Part shown: piece by piece, positions 1 through 9,232 of the stretch
How the letters are laid out: each line of letters opens with the position of its first letter
Position numbering within the stretch: position 1 is the stretch's first letter
NCBI GenBank assembly: GCA_035310605.1
Contig: DATGEA010000257.1
Location: 1 to 46,939, forward strand
Direction of reading: 5' to 3'
Origin: Nitrospira sp.
GTDB lineage: Bacteria > Nitrospirota > Nitrospiria > Nitrospirales > Nitrospiraceae
Length of the DNA stretch: 46,939 nucleotides
Notes under the pieces: model-generated
Databases searched by the model: none
The model's input: the letters and a program-made list of their open reading frames with translations, nothing else
What the model was told of the DNA's origin: nothing
Made by a program: the position numbers and the translations under genes

Positions 1-529
1 CACGCTCGGCCCGTTCGACGTCGTAATCGGCGGCCTGGAGGAGTTTGAGAATGATGTTCTCGACGTCTTCCCCGACGTAGCCGGCTTCGGTCAGCGTGGT
101 CGCATCGGCAAGCGTAAACGGCACATCCAAATACTTGGCCAGGGTCTGGGCGAGGAGGGTTTTTCCGGTTCCGGTCGGGCCCACCATGAGAATGTTGCCC
201 TTTTGGAGTTCGACATCGTCGACGTCTTTTTCCTTCGCGGAGATGCGCTTGTAATGGTTGTGAACGGCGACGGAGAGAATCTTTTTAGCCCGCTCCTGTC
301 CGACGACGTATTGGTCGAGGTGATGCTTGATCTCGGAGGGCTTCTTCAGCTTCGACGAAATTTCTTCCTTTGCCTCTTCCCAATCTTCGGCGATGATGTC
401 GTTGCAGAGATTGACGCATTCGTCGCAGATGTAGACGGTAGGGCCGGCGATCAGCTTGCGGACTTCGTCGCGACTCTTGCCGCAGAACGAACAGCGGAGA
501 TGTCGATCCATCTTTTCCTGCTTGGCCAT
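1..529 (-). CDS. clpX: ATP-dependent Clp protease ATP-binding subunit ClpX (5' part, runs off window)
   Basis: Manual translation from ATG 529: [42 protein letters not shown] (C4 zinc finger), Walker [33 protein letters not shown] upstream; follows clpP. Confidence 0.97.
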   Translation of the reverse strand, partial: MAKQEKMDRHLRCSFCGKSRDEVRKLIAGPTVYICDECVNLCNDIIAEDWEEAKEEISSKLKKPSEIKHHLDQYVVGQERAKKILSVAVHNHYKRISAKEKDVDDVELQKGNILMVGPTGTGKTLLAQTLAKYLDVPFTLADATTLTEAGYVGEDVENIILKLLQAADYDVERAER

Positions 530-542
530 GCGCCCTCCTGTG

Positions 543-1181
543 TTACTTGTCCTTGGCCCCGTCTTTTCCGCTCTCGGACCCGCCCACGGCTTTCAGCGTC
601 TTGGGCGCCCGGGTGATCACTTCATCAATGAGGCCGTACCGCTTGGCCTCTTCGCCGGACATGAAGTAGTCCCGCTCGGTGTCGTGAGCGATCTTTTCGA
701 TCGGCTGTCCCGTATGCTTCGCCATGATCTCGTTCAGCCGATCGCGGATCTTGAGGATTTCCCGCGCGTGGATGTCGATCTCAGTCGCTTGCCCCTGGAA
801 GCCTCCAAGCGGCTGATGAATCATGACGCGGGCGTTGGGAAGTGCGAAGCGTTTGCCTTTGGTCCCCGCGGTCAATAGCAGCGCACCCATGCTGGCAGCC
901 TGGCCCAGGCAGATGGTGTTGATCGGCGGCTTCACGTACTGCATCGTATCGTAGATGCCGAGCCCGGCCGTGACGCTCCCGCCGGGCGAGTTGACGTAGA
1001 GATTGATGTCTTTCTCCGGATCCTCGGCTTCGAGAAAGAGCAACTGGGCGATGACCAAATTGGCGAAGATATCGTCGATCGGCGCACCCAAAAAAATGAT
1101 GCGATCTTTGAGGAGGCGCGAGTAGATGTCATAGGCCCGCTCGCCCCGGTTGGTTTGCTCAACGACAATGGGAACTAGCAT
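543..1181 (-). CDS. clpP: ATP-dependent Clp protease proteolytic subunit
   Basis: [42 protein letters not shown] motifs. Start trimmed to ATG 1181. Confidence 0.98.
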   Translation of the reverse strand: MLVPIVVEQTNRGERAYDIYSRLLKDRIIFLGAPIDDIFANLVIAQLLFLEAEDPEKDINLYVNSPGGSVTAGLGIYDTMQYVKPPINTICLGQAASMGALLLTAGTKGKRFALPNARVMIHQPLGGFQGQATEIDIHAREILKIRDRLNEIMAKHTGQPIEKIAHDTERDYFMSGEEAKRYGLIDEVITRAPKTLKAVGGSESGKDGAKDK

Positions 1182-1240
1182 GCACGTTCTTCCTTTCCGC
1201 AAAAGTGAACCCGGGAGACAACCGGGGTTTGCCGCCGAGG

Positions 1241-2560
1241 TTATCCTTGAATCACCGCATTGCGATACACGAAGTCCAGAGACTTTTCCGCCAGAATACG
1301 TGCGCGCAATTCCTCGATCGAGTCTTGTCCGCCGGCTTGAATCATCTTAATGAGATCCGCGTGAGCGATTTTGAGTTCTGTTGCCAGACGATGGATCTCA
1401 TTGTTCAGATCTTCCTGTGTGACGGTCAGGTGCTCCTTCTCGGCGATGGTTTCAAGGATCAAGCCGACCTTGACCCGGCGGGCCGCTTCATCTCGATTCT
1501 CCTGGCGAAGTTTCGTGAGATCCCCGGTTTCCGGACCCCCGGCTCCCTCGCCGCCCCCGGCTCGCCGCTGTTGTTGCTGCATGTGCTGGCGGATGATGGC
1601 TTCCAGCTCGCGCTCCACCAGCGTTTCCGGAAGCTCGAAATGATGCGTCTCCATCAGACGCTTCACGATCGTGTCTTTGTACGCGTCCTCGATCTCTCGC
1701 TTGAGCGCCTTCTCCATTTCGCTCCGCAACTTGTCTTGCAGCTCGGCCAGCGAGGCGTAGGCGCCGCAATCTTTGGCAAATTCATCGTCCAGATCCGGAA
1801 GTTTCTTGATCTTCACCGCATTCACCATGACGGTGAACACCACGGTCTTGCCGGCGACTCGAGTGTCAGGGTGGCTTGGCGGATAGGGTTGAGTGATCTC
1901 GACAGCCTCACCTTCTGCTTTTCCCAGAACGTGCTGGTCGATCTCCAATCCCAAGACAGTGGCTTTCGACCCGACTTTGTGTAAATGGCCTTCCTTTTTG
2001 GTGCCCTCGAGCGGCTTTCCCTCGAGGTGACCTTCCAGGGACAGAATGACGAAATCGCCTTCCGCCACCTTGTGACCGGCCGGGGGTGCATCGAGCCGCG
2101 CGTGCTGTTCGCGGAGAACCTGCATGCCTTTGGCGACCTGCTCATCAGTGACGGTTCGTTTGTCCGGCTTCAATGAGATGGGATTGGGGGCCTTGTAGTC
2201 ACGGAGTTCGATCTTGGGCTTGATCTCGACCGTCGCCGTGAATGTGAACGGCTCGTCTTTCTTGATCTTGACCCGTTCGAGAGGGGGAATCTCCACGACG
2301 ACAGGGGAGATTCCGGCCTGGCGGACGGCACGGTCGTAGAAATCCGGGACAAGGCTGCGCACCACGTCCTCTTCTACGGCTTTGGCATAACGTTTTTCGA
2401 GCAGGGCTTGCGGGGCCTTGCCGGGCCGAAAGCCGGGTATGTGCACCTGGCGGTTCAATTCACTGTATGCCTTGACGAATCGTTGGGCGACCTCCTCGGC
2501 CGGTACCTCGATTTTGAGGGCGCGTTTCATCGGACCCAGTTCGGTCATTTCCATTTTCAT
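1241..2560 (-). CDS. tig: Trigger factor
   Basis: [10 protein letters not shown] ribosome-binding motif; tRNA-Leu-tig-clpP-clpX order. Start at MKMEMTEL because the longer ORF overlaps the tRNA. Confidence 0.96.
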   Translation of the reverse strand: MKMEMTELGPMKRALKIEVPAEEVAQRFVKAYSELNRQVHIPGFRPGKAPQALLEKRYAKAVEEDVVRSLVPDFYDRAVRQAGISPVVVEIPPLERVKIKKDEPFTFTATVEIKPKIELRDYKAPNPISLKPDKRTVTDEQVAKGMQVLREQHARLDAPPAGHKVAEGDFVILSLEGHLEGKPLEGTKKEGHLHKVGSKATVLGLEIDQHVLGKAEGEAVEITQPYPPSHPDTRVAGKTVVFTVMVNAVKIKKLPDLDDEFAKDCGAYASLAELQDKLRSEMEKALKREIEDAYKDTIVKRLMETHHFELPETLVERELEAIIRQHMQQQQRRAGGGEGAGGPETGDLTKLRQENRDEAARRVKVGLILETIAEKEHLTVTQEDLNNEIHRLATELKIAHADLIKMIQAGGQDSIEELRARILAEKSLDFVYRNAVIQG

Positions 2561-2623
2561 GTGTCGCGTGATTCCTTCTGTGTCAATCGGCACGTGAATC
2601 GTGGTTCGTACCGTATCGTAGTC

Positions 2624-2706
2624 TGGTGCGAGAGGGGGGACTTGAACCCCCACGGTTACCCACGAGATCCTAAGTCTCGCGCGTCTGCCAGTTCCGCCAC
2701 TCTCGC
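2624..2706 (-). tRNA. tRNA-Leu(TAG)
   Basis: Reverse complement GCGAGAGTGGCGGAACTGGCAGACGCG-CGAGA CT TAG GA TCTCG-TGGGTAACCGT-GGGGGTTCAAGTCCCCC-CTCTCGC-ACCA; CCA encoded. Confidence 0.96.
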
Positions 2707-3067
2707 ACGGCGGGGAGTGCTGGAGTCGTTTCCAGCCAAGTCAGCAAACAAGCGAAAATACACGTTCCTGTCGGTATTTTGTACCGTTGGATGAGTACAA
2801 CTGTCAACCCATACTCCTGCGGGGATACTCCAACGTGTCGAGCGATATGACCAGGGTCAACCCCGTTCTTTCCTGAACTGAGGCGATGGTCCACGCGGCA
2901 GCGCTGATGGCGGGATGGGCAACGGACGACCCACGGCCCGATCTGGGTTTACGACATGCGATCGCCAGATAAAAAGGCTTGAACAGTAGCCTCGGACTGA
3001 CGATGGACGGTATAATTCAGGAGCTATACGTAGAGCCGTTGCCGGCGAACTGGTGAGGAGGTGCACC

Positions 3068-4147
3068 ATGCGTGTCACTCTGCTGCGTTTGATCCTGGCG
3101 TATGTCGTTGCGGCACTCATTCCCCTTCCTTCCTGGGCCTACCGCGATTATTTGACCGCTGAACAGAAAGCTCTATTGGACAAGATCCAAACGGTCCGCG
3201 TCGATGCGATTGCGCTGTCCGATAAGGGGGCGCTTGATGCGGGTCCGATCGCGGAGGTCGCAGCCCGTCGAATCAGCGAGTTGGGCTATTCGGTCGTCCG
3301 CGATGCGGGAAAGCCGCATGATGCCGTCTTCAAAGTCAAATGCGAGCAGCGGAAAACGTGGGAGGGTACCACCGCGGCGGGCGGCGATGCGGATTTGCCC
3401 GATTCGCCTTCACGTCTCTGGAAGGGACCGGCCTGTCAGCTGACCTATCTGTTAGGCGACATGAAGATCAAATGGCAAAAGGAAGTGCGGACGGACTTCG
3501 AGGATGCCGTTTCGGCGGCACAGGCGGCCAATGCCGGCGATCCCGGTGCCTATGCCATGACCAAGTTGCGTGAGAAGCTCGAACAATACGATTTTCCCGT
3601 ATTGTTGGCGGCGGAATGGGGACACGCGGAGCGTCTGCTGAAACTCTTGGAGACTGCCGATATCACACAGATGCGGAAGATCAAGGTCATTTCCCTTTTG
3701 GGTGAAATGCAGGCCGATGAAGCGCTGCCGAAGTTGAAAGAGGTGTTAAAGGACCGTGATTTGGGGAAGCAAGCCGCGGTGGCGCTGGGTAATCTTGGCA
3801 AAGAGGGCATCCCCCTCCTGGTCGAGCTCATGAGGAATGGGCCTCAGGTGGAATTGCGCGCTGCCGCCGCCAAAGGGCTCGGGCAGCTAGGAGGTACGCA
3901 CGGCGATGCGACGGTCGTTCCTCCGCTGCTGGAGGTGCTCAAGAAGCCGGATACCGATTGGGTAGTTCTGACCGAAGTAGCCTGGGCGCTCGGCAAGATT
4001 CCCGATAAGCGATCGATTGACCCGCTCTACGATTTGGACAGGAAGCTGCAAGCGATTCGTGACCCGGACAACCAGGCCCTCAAGAAGCTGAAAGAAGCGG
4101 TTTTCTGGGCCATCAAACAGTGTGATACCTGGGATCAATACAGCTGA
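3068..4147 (+). CDS. Secreted HEAT-repeat (PBS lyase-like) protein
   Basis: Signal peptide ending PSWA; C-terminal HEAT-like repeats (AAVALGNLG, AAAKGLGQLG, VAWALGKI); SD GAGGAGG before ATG 3068. Confidence 0.8.
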   Translation: MRVTLLRLILAYVVAALIPLPSWAYRDYLTAEQKALLDKIQTVRVDAIALSDKGALDAGPIAEVAARRISELGYSVVRDAGKPHDAVFKVKCEQRKTWEGTTAAGGDADLPDSPSRLWKGPACQLTYLLGDMKIKWQKEVRTDFEDAVSAAQAANAGDPGAYAMTKLREKLEQYDFPVLLAAEWGHAERLLKLLETADITQMRKIKVISLLGEMQADEALPKLKEVLKDRDLGKQAAVALGNLGKEGIPLLVELMRNGPQVELRAAAAKGLGQLGGTHGDATVVPPLLEVLKKPDTDWVVLTEVAWALGKIPDKRSIDPLYDLDRKLQAIRDPDNQALKKLKEAVFWAIKQCDTWDQYS

Positions 4148-4154
4148 ACGGTCG

Positions 4155-4183
4155 TTGACAATTTCCGGAGGGCCTCCTATCGT
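4155..4183 (+). promoter_or_regulatory. sigma-70 promoter
   Basis: TTGACA-N17-TATCGT upstream of the truncated gene at 4219. Confidence 0.6.
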
Positions 4184-4218
4184 GCTCCATGCCGGTTTAC
4201 CCGGCATGGAGCATTGAG

Positions 4219-4356
4219 ATGGCGATCGCTCCCACTCATCAGACGCCGAAGAGTTCCCAAGCCGTTCTGGAACGCAATACGCTCCAGATGGCCTCCAGCC
4301 TCCATCTGCAAGTCGTTCTGACCACCATCACACAGGGATTGGTCGATGAACTGGAC
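4219..4356 (+). pseudogene. 5' fragment of a GAF-domain (FhlA/NifA-like) regulator or sensor
   Basis: SD GGAG + ATG; LQMASSLHLQVVLTTITQGLVDELD resembles the first helices of a GAF domain, then the frame ends at TAA 4375-4377. Confidence 0.55.
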
Positions 4357-4710
4357 CCTGGCGTTTGCCGACTATAAGGGCAATCGGCAGTTGCTCAGTA
4401 CGGGGAATCTTTCCGTGAGCAGTCGGGTGGCCTTGTTTCTAATTACGCCGAGTGCGAACGGTTGAAGATACTCTGTCATGCCCGCGTCGAGGACGCGCAG
4501 GCCCATCACGAACTACTTGAACAGGTTACGGACGCGAATATGAGAGCACGTGCGGAACGGCTGGTCGTCATTCACGTCGTGTCGTTCGACTGGAACTGTG
4601 CCAAGCAGATCACACCACGATACTCGGTTGCCGAAATGGAAGAGTTCGCGGGCTCGCTGAAGACACGGTTTGCCGAACTGGAGGCACAACTGCGACCTGT
4701 AAAATCCTAA
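4355..4710 (+). pseudogene. 3' fragment of a pyridoxamine 5'-phosphate oxidase-like FMN-binding protein, frameshifted
   Basis: TLAFADYKGNRQLLSTGNLSVSSRVALFL (4355-4441) continues in another frame as YAECERLKILCHARV...SFDWNCAKQITPRYS. No start codon or N-terminus. Confidence 0.78.
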
Positions 4711-4791
4711 GCGATCCTGCTAAGTGATCGTCGGCTCTGTTCAAGATCGGTCCGAGTGTGTAGACGAGTGACCATAAGGGAGACCAAGACC

Positions 4792-6036
4792 ATGAGCGAA
4801 ATGTCGCGAAGACGATTCTTGCAATTGTCGATGATGACCGGAGGAGCTCTGCTGGCCGGAGAAGCGGGAAACCAGATACTCGGTATCGCGACCGGAGCTC
4901 GACATGCCTTTGCCGCCGAGCCGATCAAAGTGGGCATTCTCGACCCCTTGTCGAGTCCTTACAAGACCTCGTCCATCCACGATGTGCACGGGGCCAATGT
5001 CGCGGTGGATCTCTTCAACAAACGAGGCGGGGTGTTGGGGCGGCCGGTGATGATTCTCGAGGCGGACGATGCCTCGAATCCCGCAACCGCCGTGAAGGTC
5101 GCCACGAAATTCATCAAGGAAGATCAGGCCGATGTGCTGATGGGCACGTTCAACGGAGACTGCGCCCTGGCGGTCAGCGCGCTAGCGCAGAAAGAGAACA
5201 AATTGTTCATGGTGACCGGTTCGTACCTGCCGGAGCTCACAGGAGCCGCGTGTAATTCGCATACGTTTGTGTTTATGCCGAATGCCACGATGATGGCGAG
5301 TGCGGTTGTCCCGCAGTTGGTGAAGGCATACGGAACCCGGTGGTTCATGATTACGGCCAGCACGCTCGATGGGAAATCAGCAGCCCGGGCGATTGTGGAC
5401 GCGGCGGAGGCGCACAAGGTTGAGTTTGTCGGCGAGGCCGTGATGCCGTTCGGGTCGACCGATTTTACGTCAGCCTTAATGGCGGCGAAAGCCAAGGAGC
5501 CGACAGCCATCATGTTGAATCTCTACGGGTGGGATCTCGTCAATGCGTTGAAAGGCTATGCCAAGCTCGAGTTGGCAAAGGACAAAATCGGCGTGGGGGG
5601 CCTGATCAGTGGCGAACAAATCGGACGGCCACTTGGGTATGCCAGTAACGCGGGAATCTGGGGACTCATCTGGGATCCCAAGATCAATACGGAGAGTTCG
5701 AAGCGATTCATTCAGGGTGTGATTGACAAGTACAACCATACGCCGACCTCGCGCTGTTATCTCGGGTATGCGGCCATGACGCAAATCCTTGAGGCTATCC
5801 AGCGTGCCGGTACGACCGACACGGCAACGCTGATCAAGGCCCTTGAGGGCCATGAATTCGATGGTCTCAAGGCCGGCAAATCCTATTTTCGCGCGTCGGA
5901 CCATCAGCACGTACAAGATGTTCTGGTTGGTGAGGCGTTCGGTAAAGAGTTGGGATTGGGTCACTATAAGATCCTCGCAACAATTCCGGGAGATTCCAAC
6001 CTCGGTGCGGTCGATCATCACACCTGCAAGCTGTAA
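4792..6036 (+). CDS. Tat-exported ABC-type substrate-binding protein (branched-chain amino acid/amide, type I PBP family)
   Basis: SRRRFL twin-arginine signal, AFA cleavage site, GGVLGRPV..D and PFGSTDFTS motifs. Confidence 0.88.
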   Translation: MSEMSRRRFLQLSMMTGGALLAGEAGNQILGIATGARHAFAAEPIKVGILDPLSSPYKTSSIHDVHGANVAVDLFNKRGGVLGRPVMILEADDASNPATAVKVATKFIKEDQADVLMGTFNGDCALAVSALAQKENKLFMVTGSYLPELTGAACNSHTFVFMPNATMMASAVVPQLVKAYGTRWFMITASTLDGKSAARAIVDAAEAHKVEFVGEAVMPFGSTDFTSALMAAKAKEPTAIMLNLYGWDLVNALKGYAKLELAKDKIGVGGLISGEQIGRPLGYASNAGIWGLIWDPKINTESSKRFIQGVIDKYNHTPTSRCYLGYAAMTQILEAIQRAGTTDTATLIKALEGHEFDGLKAGKSYFRASDHQHVQDVLVGEAFGKELGLGHYKILATIPGDSNLGAVDHHTCKL

Positions 6037-6047
6037 GGGCGAAAAAG

Positions 6048-6086
6048 ACAACGGGGACTGCTCCGTTCAGGAGCAATCCCCGTTGT
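6048..6086. terminator. Hairpin between convergent genes
   Basis: ACAACGGGGACTGCTCC-GTTCA-GGAGCAATCCCCGTTGT, one mismatch in the stem. Confidence 0.7.
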
Positions 6087-6102
6087 GTCGGAAGCAACCC
6101 CG

Positions 6103-7242
6103 TTACCTTGTGACGCGGACTTCGACGCGGCGATTCTGCGCTCGTCCCGCATCGGTCGTATTCGGTGCCACCGGCTTCGTGTCGGCGTAGCCGGCCGTAG
6201 AGGAGCCGGAGAGTCCACCTTCGGCGAGGGCCATCGCGGCATTCGCTGCACGGGCTTCGGAGAGTTCCTTGTTGGTGGGAAATTTCTTCTTCAGCGCGCT
6301 GCGGATAGGCCGGTTGTCGGTGTGGCCGTCCACTGCGACTTTGTATTCAGGGAAGTCCTTCAGGATCCCCCCGACCTGCTTGAGCGCGTCAGCGCCTGCC
6401 GGCTTAAGCTGATCTTCTCCGGAACCGAACAGGTAGCCGGAAGCGAGGTTGATCAAGAGCCGCTCGTTGTTGAGATCGACCTTGATGGTCCCCTTTTCGA
6501 TCTGCGGGCGCAGAGCCTTAATGAGCCCCCGTTGAGCTTCCTTCAGCTTTGCCATCTCGGCTGACAGATCGCCGCGAAGTCCGGCGAGCTCTTTGTCCCG
6601 ATCGGCAAGCTGTCCTTCCAAGTCAGCCACCCGCTGCTTGGCTGCCGCGAGTTCTGCGGCCAGTTTGTCCTTGTCACCGGCGGCACCGCCCATGGCGGCC
6701 AGCTGGGCTTCGAGGTCCGCAATCCGCCGATTGGCGGCGGCGAGTTCGGCGGCGAGCTTGTCTTTGTCACCCGCGGCTGCCTGCAGCGCTGCGAGTTCCG
6801 CAGCCAAACGGTCTTTCTCGCCGGCTGAGGCCTGGAGCGCGGCCAGCTGCCGCTCAAGGTCGGCCGCACGAGCCTTCGCTTGATCGAGGTCGCCCTGCGC
6901 GCTGGAAAGCTGGCGGGCCAGCCGTGACGAATCACCAGCGCCGGATCGAAGCGAGGCCAGTTCCCGCTCGCGATCGGCCAATTGGCTCTCAAGAGACTTG
7001 ACTCGATCGCTGAGGGCGCCATTCTCTCTCTTGGCGGCAACGAGGTCATCCGCCAGCCGTTGTCGTTCATTCTCCAGCGCGGCAAGGCGTCCCTTGAGAT
7101 CATCCGAGGCTTTCGCGCCGTCAGATTGACCCCGGTGGCGGTATTCGTAACCGCCGTCGCAGCAGATGGGCTCGTGCTTGGTGCAGCCGACGGCGGCTAC
7201 GAGCGCTATCGTCGCGAACACCGGTAACCTGAGATACTTCAT
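6103..7242 (-). CDS. OmpA/MotB-family peptidoglycan-binding lipoprotein with long coiled coil
   Basis: Lipobox AVGC; about 195 aa of heptad-rich sequence; C-terminal GHTD..NKELSEARA..NRRVEV domain. Confidence 0.88.
   Translation of the reverse strand: MKYLRLPVFATIALVAAVGCTKHEPICCDGGYEYRHRGQSDGAKASDDLKGRLAALENERQRLADDLVAAKRENGALSDRVKSLESQLADRERELASLRSGAGDSSRLARQLSSAQGDLDQAKARAADLERQLAALQASAGEKDRLAAELAALQAAAGDKDKLAAELAAANRRIADLEAQLAAMGGAAGDKDKLAAELAAAKQRVADLEGQLADRDKELAGLRGDLSAEMAKLKEAQRGLIKALRPQIEKGTIKVDLNNERLLINLASGYLFGSGEDQLKPAGADALKQVGGILKDFPEYKVAVDGHTDNRPIRSALKKKFPTNKELSEARAANAAMALAEGGLSGSSTAGYADTKPVAPNTTDAGRAQNRRVEVRVTR
6641..6828 (-). repeat. Three degenerate coding repeats (AG[D/E]KD[K/R]LAAELAA) in the OmpA lipoprotein
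   Basis: About 44-nt units beginning near 6641, 6734 and 6785 (spacings of 93 and 51 nt). Confidence 0.8.
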
Positions 7243-7272
7243 AATCTATCCTCCATGATTGCGGGTTTCGGT

Positions 7273-7701
7273 TTATACGGCGGATGTGCAATGTGCACAC
7301 TTAGTCGCCTTGATCGGAATCGTGGACAAGCAGTGTGGACAGTCTTTCGTGGTCGAGGCGGCAGTCGGTTCGGGTTTCTTCAATCGGTTGATCTGCTTTA
7401 CGAGCAGGAAGATCACGAACGCGATGATGATGAAGTCAAAGACCGTCTGGAGGAAGACCCCGTAGTTGATCGTCGGCGCTCCCGCAGCTTTCGCAGCGGC
7501 AAGCGACGGCTGCGGTGTACCCGAGAGGTTCAAAAACAGGCTGGAGAAATCGACTTTGCCCATCAATAGACCGATCGGCGGCATGAGGAGATCGCTCACC
7601 AGTGAGGAAACGATTTTCCCGAATGCACCTCCGATGATGACGCCAATCGCCATGTCCAGCACGTTGCCCCTCATTGCGAACTCTTTAAATTCCTTCAACA
7701 T
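7273..7701 (-). CDS. mscL: Large-conductance mechanosensitive channel with C-terminal zinc ribbon
   Basis: [35 protein letters not shown]; C-terminal CPHC..CAHC. Confidence 0.97.
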   Translation of the reverse strand: MLKEFKEFAMRGNVLDMAIGVIIGGAFGKIVSSLVSDLLMPPIGLLMGKVDFSSLFLNLSGTPQPSLAAAKAAGAPTINYGVFLQTVFDFIIIAFVIFLLVKQINRLKKPEPTAASTTKDCPHCLSTIPIKATKCAHCTSAV

Positions 7702-7752
7702 AGTCTGTCCTCCTTAACGAGGATGATGGTGAACTGCGCTTGTTTCACTCGA

Positions 7753-8862
7753 TTATCGTTTCCTGGTGGTATCGAAGCTATAGCCCAGGGTCATGAGATA
7801 CAGGTTATCGGTATCACCCGTGCCGGCGGCAGGCCTGCTATTGAAGCGCGTGGTGACTTGGAAGCCGCTCACGAACCCTTCCCAGATCTTGAATCGGACC
7901 CCGTTGTCCATCGTCAGGAAGTAGTTTGATGAGTTCTGGAGGGACGGATAAAATTCGCTGAAATGATAGAGCGTCATGCGATCATCGAAGAGCGGCCAAT
8001 TCAACTTCGCGGACAGGCGTGCGCGGAAACTCGACTGATCGTCCGCGACGCGGAAATCCTCATTGAAGTAAGCCAAACCGGCTTCCGTGTAGAAGGTCAT
8101 GTCTTTGAGAATCCCGCCGAAATCTCCCCGCTCGATGAATTGGTAGCCGGGACCGCTTGCGAGTGCTGTCCGCATTTTGAGGTCTTGAAAGCGATCGTTC
8201 TCGAAATAGGCCGAAGCGAACCAGAACAACCGTTTCGTGATGAAGAAGTCCAGTTTGATCGTGCCGCGCGCGTTGCGAGCGATCAGGGTGTTGGCATTGT
8301 CGCCGTACACGTAGCGTCCGTTGAGAGTGAGCCGGAGCTGCTCGCTGCGGGCGACGAAGTCACCGAGCAAACTGGCATTACGTAAGTGGCTGTTGCCGGT
8401 CGTCTGGGAATAGCCGCCGGTCAGGCTGCCTGTGTAGATCACGGGCGGTTGAACGAGGGGGTTCATCGAGGTGACAGAGGCGAGGGGGACCTCCATGCTC
8501 CCCTTCAACGGTTCCGCTTGCACATTAATGATGCCGTCCGGCCCCGCCGTGGCGGTCCCGTTGATGACGGACCCTTCTTTCAGATGAAACGGGATAGGGT
8601 GATTCACGGAAAGTTTGACGACATTTTCCCATTTTACCTTCATGATGTTGTCGGGACTGGCCGCAGTCTTGATCTGTAAGACGCCCGCCTCCATCCCGAT
8701 GACTTCTCCGTAAATGATGCTTCCATCTTTGAGCGTCACGACGTCCAGCGGCGCCGGCGCCGGGGTGGGAGGTACAAGGTCAGTTTGCGCATCAGCAAGG
8801 CTGATAAGTCTCGGTGTCATGAGACAAGCCAACAGCACAAGAATCCAGAGCCCCTTCTTCAT
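7753..8862 (-). CDS. DUF481 (YdiY-like) outer-membrane beta-barrel protein
   Basis: Signal peptide; DVVTLKDGSIIYGEV N-terminal domain; alternating beta-strands ending TLGYSF; SD GGAGG before ATG 8862. Confidence 0.8.
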   Translation of the reverse strand: MKKGLWILVLLACLMTPRLISLADAQTDLVPPTPAPAPLDVVTLKDGSIIYGEVIGMEAGVLQIKTAASPDNIMKVKWENVVKLSVNHPIPFHLKEGSVINGTATAGPDGIINVQAEPLKGSMEVPLASVTSMNPLVQPPVIYTGSLTGGYSQTTGNSHLRNASLLGDFVARSEQLRLTLNGRYVYGDNANTLIARNARGTIKLDFFITKRLFWFASAYFENDRFQDLKMRTALASGPGYQFIERGDFGGILKDMTFYTEAGLAYFNEDFRVADDQSSFRARLSAKLNWPLFDDRMTLYHFSEFYPSLQNSSNYFLTMDNGVRFKIWEGFVSGFQVTTRFNSRPAAGTGDTDNLYLMTLGYSFDTTRKR

Positions 8863-9170
8863 CGAAACCTCCGTTTGGTGAGTGACTGAATAACGTGAAA
8901 ATGTTCTACGTCTGATGCGTGCAACAGGGCGAAGGGCTTGTCGTGTTCCAATCCTTTTCCTTGAATCCGTGATCGCGCCTTTGTACTGTGCTTCCTGACA
9001 GGCGTTTGTGCGAAACCCTTGCCGCATACAAAAACGTTATATTTCACTGCCCGGGGAAGGGTATAGCACGAAGGGTGGGGATAAATTCGACAGCATAATA
9101 TTGCGAGCCGAGGCAGGATGGCACAAATGACAAGTGGGCAGCTCACCGTTGGTTGGAGCGATCGGATGCC

Positions 9171-9186
9171 AGCAAAGCTGGTGCCG
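9171..9186 (-). promoter_or_regulatory. Candidate sigma-54 (-24/-12) promoter
   Basis: CGGCAC-CAGCT-TTGCT on the minus strand, about 310 nt upstream of the DUF481 start. Confidence 0.35.
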
Positions 9187-9232
9187 TTGGTTCCGATACA
9201 GCTTGTTTCAGGCAAAGTTGACGCACTCGTTG

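Noticed and set aside
8930-9030. Additional GG-N10-GC motifs upstream of the DUF481 gene
   Set aside because: Poor match outside the dinucleotides; expected by chance in GC-rich DNA.
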